A DNA stretch of 64,000 bases from Eledone cirrhosa (Eukaryota), in NCBI GenBank assembly GCA_964016885.1, contig OZ024740.1, positions 197,966,001 to 198,030,000 on the forward strand. The letters run 5' to 3'. Positions 56,486 through 64,000 of the stretch are shown here, in pieces. The notes under the pieces are model-generated. The model saw only the letters and a list, made by a program, of their open reading frames with translations. It was not told the origin of the DNA and made no database searches. The position numbers were made by a program, and so were the translations under genes. Every line of letters starts with the position of its first letter. The first letter of the stretch is position 1.

Positions 56486-56556
<71 letters not shown>

Positions 56557-57047
56557 CATCATCACTATCTCTACAAATATGCAACTTAACAATATTCTGC
56601 ATATATGCAATTGACAATGCATAAAATGCTGAGACCGGTATTGTAAATAAATTAATGTTTTGATGTCTCACTCAAAAAATCTCTTCAACATTTTCTACTT
56701 AAAGAATCTTTTCCCTTTCTACAATTTGTTTTCATATATATCAACTCGTGTCTTACCTTTGTACATTCGATATATATATATATACGTTTGGAAGTGAGTC
56801 TATATCTGAGGACACATATCTAAGGAGCTTTCGATTTCAGAGTCAGGAGCGAACATCATCGATTGTTCCTCGAGCTGATCATCAGTGAAATATATGTAAT
56901 ATATAATTAAATATGTAAATGATACAGTAGTGATTCTTAATTATTATTATCATTATATATATATGTGTGTGTGTGTAGAGTGTGTATATACACACACACA
57001 TACACCCACACACAAACACACATATATATATATATATTGTGCACGCT

Positions 57048-57099
<52 letters not shown>

Positions 57100-57815
57100 T
57101 ATATATATATTTTTTTATTTATTTACTCTTGGCGCAGCAGAATTGAATTTCCCGTTGTAAGGTTAGCATTTCTTTGTTTATTTTTTATATATGAATATTG
57201 ATTGTTCCTTATATCTCATTCTGTTATTTTGCCCGAGAAAATATCTGTGAGTGTCATCAAATGTTGTACACACAGATATTTTTTCAATTTCCAATTGAGT
57301 TCTCAGCACGTGGCCTGAATTCCTTTCAGAGTTCATTGTCATGCGCATGTATTGTTTTTTTTTGGCTGTAATTTACTTCCTCATTTTTGAATCAGTTCGA
57401 GCACTTCTTTAGAACTGCTGGACTGGCAACCTGAAAGATACCTCAGGCACAGATGATGATTATCGCTAAATACTGATGTTGGTTAGATTATTAATATTAG
57501 TATTATTGGGGCACCCACTGATGAATTAAAGGAGCCCACTTGAATATATATCTACTGATGGTATACAAGCTCCTACATAAATTGGTATAATTTCACCCAA
57601 ATTGTAGGAATCCTATAATGAAACGAGACGTCCGTCTGGGAAGAGATATATTCGATATGTCTCATATGAAATAATACAGCCAATTTTCCACGCAATACTT
57701 TTAGTTAGCACTCCGAACGCATAATTGGGAATATAATCACTTATTTCCTAATGTTTGTTGAGTGAGTTGGAATTTGGCCGGAGTATCGCTAAAAAGCTTT
57801 CTCCGATATTGTATT

Positions 57816-57859
<44 letters not shown>

Positions 57860-57861
<2 letters not shown>

Positions 57862-58083
57862 AGTTAGAAACTCAAAATAGTCTTTTACAATTAAATAGCT
57901 CAAGTAAGGGAATCTTTCCGAGCCGTGTAATACAATTGAATATATAAGGGGGATGAACACCGATACAAGTATACATGTAAATGTATCATTGAAAAAAATG
58001 ACCAAGCTAGCCTAACTTGGTCATTTACAATTCGAACACATGTATACCTGGATCGGTGTTCATCCCCCTTATATATTCAATTG

Positions 58084-58085
<2 letters not shown>
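57860..58085. repeat. (TA)n-embedded inverted-arm element
   Basis: tacaattgaatatataagggggatgaacaccgat..tatacatgt (57931-57978) is inverted at 58038-58085. The left tail 57860-57930 resembles 12662-12735. Confidence 0.65.
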
Positions 58086-58172
<87 letters not shown>

Positions 58173-58203
58173 AGATCAAAAGATGGGTAAAAGAGTTCCA
58201 AGT

Positions 58204-58272
58204 ATTTTATTATGCGCATTTCAAAAACAAATGTCATAATGGGATGATATCTGCGTTCTCATCAGATAAAAT
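58204..58272 (-). ncRNA. Type I minimal hammerhead ribozyme in a PLE pLTR
   Basis: Reverse complement reads attttat-CTGATGA-gaacgcagatat...atttgttttt-GAAA-tgcgca-TA-ataaaat. Confidence 0.8.
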
Positions 58273-59515
58273 AGGGATACATGATATGAAGCTTAAACAA
58301 CACTTGTGAATAGTGAAGTTTTAAATCAACATATGAAAAATAAATTAAGATTGATGTATGAGATTGGGAAAAAGTGAGTGGGGGTTGGAAAAGGTAAGGA
58401 AGAGGAAGAGATGAGAGTAAAGAATGGTGGGGGAGGAGTATAAGAAGGAAGGACGAGAGAGGAGGAGAGATGGGTGATAGAGAGAGAGAGATAGCCTTTA
58501 CAACTGAGAAAAAAATATATATTGTCTCACAGAGAGAAATTAAAAAGCCGTTGGAAGATAATAGATAATTTAAAAGAATTTGAAATGAGAAGTTAATGAG
58601 GTTTCTGCATGAAGAAAAAGGAATTAAGAATAATATTAAAATAAGGTTTGTATATGTGCGAGGAAAGGAAATTATTAATATGTATTATTAAAATAAAAAT
58701 ATTAATGTTATTAAGGATATAATGTGAAAAGAAGGAGAAGAATGAATGAGTTATGAATTTAGAGGAATTAGTTAGGGTTTAAGTTTGTTTTTATGTAATG
58801 TAATATGTGTACGTAATATGTGTACGTAAATAGTTTGTTTAAAAATGAGCGCAGAAGGCAAAGAAGAAAAGAATGTTTAAGGAAGAAAATATCTAACATC
58901 AAAAAATATATATGTTTACGAAATATTTTCTAATGGCAATAATATAATATAATAAAAGAAATTAGTTAGGGTTTAAGTTTGTTTTTATGTATTGTAATAT
59001 GTAAAGTCAAATTAAGTATTAGTTTAAAACGAGCATGAAAGGATGGGGGAGATAAAAGAAATTTAAGGAAGAAAAAATCTAACGTCAAAAAAATTATATG
59101 TTTACTAATGGTAATACTATAATGTATTAAAAAAATAATAATTTTTATGGCCAATGATATGAGGAAAGATGGAAGAATGGATAATGTTGTAGTGAGTAAT
59201 AATAAGAATTGAGAAGTAGTTAGGAACAAGAGGTTAGAAATTAAAAAGAAAAGAGGAAGAAAGGAAAATGATAAAGATGAATGATATAGAATGAGTAAAT
59301 TGTATTATATAATATATAATAAATAATATTGAAATAAGGTAGAAAGATGGGTATATTTGTAAAAGATATATAAGCCTTTGAGAAAAAAGGATTTTAAACT
59401 AGTAAGGTATTAGATATTAGCTGTATACTTCATGGAATGTTCTGTGGAATTTATGCAAGCAGAGAGAAAATAAATCCGTGCGTCTATTTATTATAGAATT
59501 GAAATTAGATATAAT

Positions 59516-59696
59516 TGTTTCTACGTTAGGCACAAGGCCAGCAATTACCAGTGCATTACTGGTACTTTATTTTATCGACTCCGTAAGGATGAAAGGCTAA
59601 GTTAACCTCGGCGGGATTTGAGCTCAGAATGGCAAGGGCCGTAACTCTATACGTCAAAGGCATGGCGTCCGACCCTCTACCAATACTGCCAATCCA
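59516..59696 (-). mobile_element. SINE inserted into the PLE GIY-YIG domain
   Basis: 15-bp TSD gaaattagatataat at 59501-59515 and 59697-59711. Confidence 0.9.
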
Positions 59697-60983
59697 GAAA
59701 TTAGATATAATGGTAAATTTCTCAGCTAGGCAGAGATTATATGTTCTGGATAGGGAGGAATTCAAGTAAGGAAAGGCAGAACAAACTTTTCTCCAAGGGA
59801 TGTTATAGTTAATATTTTTGTATTTCAAGGACCATATGAGTTCCGAGAGTGCCGTGTTAGTTCTTTTAAGTTGGTATCTAAAAGACGAATTGTGATTATA
59901 AAATCTAGCTTTGCGGGAGGTGGACGTGGAACCGAAATAGGTAAAGGAATTGGTATCAGTTATAACCTTACATTCATAAACTAAGTTTTTATCAAGTCAA
60001 TGGTTATTAAGAGGACATTTAGTTCTAACAGGGCAATTACAATTACGATTAGAGAAATTAACAGAGTTATTAACATTGACCTAGTTTTATTTATAGGAGA
60101 AATTGGATTCGAGAAGTTATTTACGATAGGAATAATAGTTTCCTGATTTAGATTGGTATTATGAACATTCAACGAAGTTACATTTGACGTCGTATTTAAG
60201 TTTACAGAATCTAGCCCAGAGTTAACAATGACATCGGGAGTACTACTGCTAATATTATGACGCTCAGTGTTGGAAGGATGTGATTTAATACTTAATATTT
60301 GATTGTTGTGTTTAGAGATAATGTTAGAGATGTTGGAAGAGGTGGAATAAGAAGATTTTATTGTATGTTTGTTAAAGATTTTACTATAGATATATGAGGG
60401 AGGGAAGCATTTATCTAAGGCCCTAAAGAATAGTTTAGGACAATTATTATTAATAGAAATAGAGAAAGGAGCATTATACCAGATTATATTTTTGTATCTA
60501 GGTCTTTTATTTAAGTTATTGGAATGTTCATAATTAATTATTTTACTGTAAGACCTTCTAGGATTGGTTTCTTTACTGTATTTAATTTTATCAGGATAAC
60601 CGGCTTTAGAAAGCGCATTATTATAGTAATTGGCGTTAGCATCGAAGATATCTTTATTAGAGGATAGGTTTGATATTATTTTTTTCAATATTACTGACTA
60701 TAGCATTTTTCATGTTAGTGGGGTGGTTAGATTTAAAATTAACATAATTTAGATTCTCATTGTTTTTATGATAAGGGTAATATAGGCCAGTGTCAAGATT
60801 AAGGGATAAATCCAAGAAGTTAGCTAGTTTGACGTTGTTATCAAATGCGCATAATAAAATACTTGGAACTCCTTTAACCATCTTTTGATCTTACATTATT
60901 TATCCTCCAGTCCTACAAACTGTAGAGTGCTACTTATCCGATATTTGCATTGCTTTATTGTGCTACAATAAAACTCACCTTCT

Positions 60984-61035
<52 letters not shown>

Positions 61036-61149
61036 GGATACTATTTATGCTTATGTATATATTAAACCTTTTATAGTTATGTATATTTTAAACCTTAAAT
61101 AGTGAAGGTCAGTAATTTATTACTACCTTATTATATTACCTTATTATAC

Positions 61150-61614
61150 TAAAAATACCCTACCACTACAACCACCATAATACTCTTGCTTACCCGCTTA
61201 AAGTGCTTGCAATACATGTAACACCTTGCCACACAATAATCGTATAAAAATGAGACACACTTGCATGCTCCATGTGTAACTAACGCTTGCACTACCTACT
61301 AGATCTGACTATCAAACTATCCTCCTGCATTATCTGTGTTATATGCCGAATGTATTTTAATTTTGATTTTTATTTTAATTTTGATTTTGATTTTCATCTT
61401 GAATTTGAATTGCTGTACAAAAATAGTATAGTGTAATATATGTCACTTCACTGTACATCAATATATATATATGTATCTGTATGTCTCTTGCGTCGGAAAG
61501 GAGGTCAATTATATGTGCAAACATTGAAAAATGCTCCGAAGATTCCAAGCCTAGGTTTGGATGAAACAATTGTAAGTGAATAAATGCTTCGAGCATAGCT
61601 TTGATTCTTGTGAA

Positions 61615-61618
<4 letters not shown>
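61150..61618 (+). mobile_element. PLE terminal repeat (inverted-orientation copy of 20606-21060)
   Basis: Collinear reverse-complement match. Ends in (TC)n/(TA)n. Confidence 0.75.
61531..61579 (+). ncRNA. Hammerhead ribozyme variant (core CCGAAGA)
   Basis: atgct-CCGAAGA-ttccaagc ctag gtttggat-GAAA-caattg-TA-agtg. Confidence 0.55.
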
Positions 61619-61651
<33 letters not shown>

Positions 61652-61808
61652 GGTTTTAAAAAAAAATATTCTTTACATATATCTGTGTATCTCATCTTTT
61701 GTTTTAGTTTGCATAATCACAAGTCAGCACATTTGGTATATATATATATATATATATATACACGCACACACACACAGAGACACACACATACACACATATA
61801 TGTATGTA

Positions 61809-61861
<53 letters not shown>

Positions 61862-62223
61862 TTAAAATTATATCTTGGAAGTAATATCTTGGTGATTTTT
61901 TCTTCATGTTTCAAACTATATTTTCTATCTTTTACATGTACAGTATGAGTCTTCTGTCCTTCCCTATTAAACAAAAACAAACACGTTTTGCTTTAATACA
62001 TTTCAAGTATCAGCGATATCTATTAAATATTTAGGAATCAGAGTCGAATATTTCTGCATGTAGTTGGTATATAAATCTATCGATTTTATGAAGGTAAATG
62101 TAGTTATTAATAATATATTTATTTTGTTTTTACTATACTTCTTCGTGTGGTTTCTAGCAAATTACTTGCCTCTATCGCTGATTTTCAAAACAGTTGAAAG
62201 CACACATTAATTTTTAAGTTATG

Positions 62224-62372
<149 letters not shown>

Positions 62373-62966
62373 ATATATATATATATGTGTGTGTGTGCGT
62401 TGTGTATGTGTGTGTGTGCGTGTGTGCGTATGTGCGGAGGGAGAAAGAAGGAGACTGTCAACTAACCCCGTTATGTGTTTATTGCTTTTTGTTTCGTTTA
62501 CACACACAAACGCACACATACACAATATATATATATATATATATTCATCACGTTTATAAATTTTAACCTTTTCAGAGTTAAGTTTGATGTATGATGCAGC
62601 AAAATTTATGATGATATGAATTACATGAGAGAATATTAAACAGAAGAGTTTTAGTGAAGTTAAAAGTCGCAGATTAGTGATAAGTTGATACGTTTTCCAC
62701 TCATTCTCACATTACTTACTTCACTAAATCTCTTTTATAAATGTGTACATTTCAAACTTGTTATTCTCAATTCTTTAAAAGCATTCACGCCATATGCAAG
62801 CGGAGGAATGAAATATTGTTTCTGTTAGTTACCACGCCTCCTACAACATGGTTTCATCAGTCCTGATTTGTTAATTGATTTTATTTATGGTAAGAACTTC
62901 CGAGACTTATATATATATATATGTCACATTCTTTTATTATTCTTTACTTAAATCTGAAATTATAGA

Positions 62967-63350
62967 GGCGTGTGACTTAGAAGTTAAGGTATTTCGGCTC
63001 ACGATCGTAAGGGTGTGAGTTTGATTCACAGTAGTGACGTTGAGCAATTCAAAGGGTCTGTCTTGTTATAAGCAGGATCTACCTGAGAACCTCAACAACG
63101 TTAATGTCACACATTTTGATTTTAAATTATGAAGAGTGCAATAAGTGGGTGGGATGTTGGACTTTATAATTTAACCTGATTTCGAGGTTCGAACCAAAGG
63201 GACCGTTGTGCCATTGAATAAATCATTTCATTTCATGTTTCATTAACTCACTCAGCTGAAATAAATGAATGTGAACTTTAGCTGGGTGGTAATTCTGTTT
63301 TCGACCTGCGTCCCATTTGGCATTCTCAGTCGATGTACGTCAATGGAATT
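62967..63350 (+). mobile_element. Degenerate tRNA-derived SINE remnants
   Basis: ggcgtgtgacttagaagttaagg..gtgagtttgattc and ggttcgaacc..ttgtgccattgaataaatcatttcatttc resemble tRNA-head/CORE-type SINEs. Confidence 0.35.
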
Positions 63351-64000
63351 GGGATACGCAAGTAAATATACGTACCACTTCATGTTCTAGAATAGCATTT
63401 TCAAAAGATCCACACTTGGCCAGTTCTACAGGGATGTAGTAATTGTATTTCTTGTGATCTCCCACCTATCAATAGCAAATACATAATGTCATTATAATGT
63501 ACGTTTGTACTATTATAAGTTTAATTCCTCGCATGTACGTCGACAAAGCAGTGGATATGACCAGTATATAGGTACCAGTGATTACCATGAATATTTACAT
63601 ATAAATACTGTATTGTTTTCAATCAAAATATGTTATAAGCGTTGAAGTATCTTCCAGAGTATTAGCGTTGCTGTGACTATAAACTCTATTTCCATAGAAA
63701 ATGCATGAAATATAGATTTATTTTCTTTTTCATTTAATTGATTTTTACATTAATCGATAGACACTGAATAATAAACACTGACACATCAATTGCTAAACAT
63801 AGATATTTTAGCTTTAAATACTAAGTGTCTGAAATAAAGTATCGATCAAAGTATGTTTCACTACCTTTTAATATACAATATTGATTTTATGTTGATATAT
63901 CGATAATGTAGAGAAAGTAGCACGGTGATGCATTGTGAAATTACAATTTAAATAAAGTGGCAAAGAAGAAAAGTATATTATGATATTTATAATATACACA

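Larger units (their letters stand above)
58168..60985 (-). mobile_element. 5'-truncated Penelope-like element (RT C-terminus + GIY-YIG endonuclease; possibly Nematis-like) with inverted terminal arm
   Basis: NFLDLSLNL..YHK..NYVNFKSNHP, IIWYNAPFS..CFPP..KIFNKHTIKSSYS, then CNCP..CPL, TYFGST..R.YNH and NLCLAEKFTI. Hammerhead pLTR at 58168-58335. Inverted partial pLTR plus tail at 60843-60985. Confidence 0.88.

Noticed and set aside
44756-56890. Additional hammerhead-like remnants at ~44756-44805 (-), ~56605-56645 (+), ~56825-56890 (-), and outside this span at ~29485-29530 (+)
   Set aside because: Each has core substitutions or lacks stem I. They are probably decayed and are not called.

Overview
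AT-rich eukaryotic DNA with very dense microsatellites. The SINE repertoire and repeat density suggest a cephalopod (octopus-like) genome; this is inference. No host protein-coding gene is supported, and most ORFs in the track are microsatellite artefacts. The window is a transposon graveyard. It holds R4/Dong-type RLE retrotransposons in (TGTA)n tracts, a three-part chimeric Tx1/L1-clade array, RTE and CRE fragments, a mariner with two 3' ends, an LTR-like element, Helitron/HINE-like elements, many tRNA-derived SINEs and Penelope-like element (PLE) remnants. The most striking layer is non-coding. About 13 type I minimal hammerhead ribozymes (plus degenerate ones) can be read by eye. They sit in small (TA)n-embedded elements from several unrelated families, including a ~420-430 bp tandem retrozyme-like repeat. 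These small elements share one architecture: two inverted arms, one ending at a 'short' terminus and one carrying a 60-100 nt 'tail'. The tail begins with a covarying RCTC...GAGY hairpin. All coordinates and pairings were read manually.
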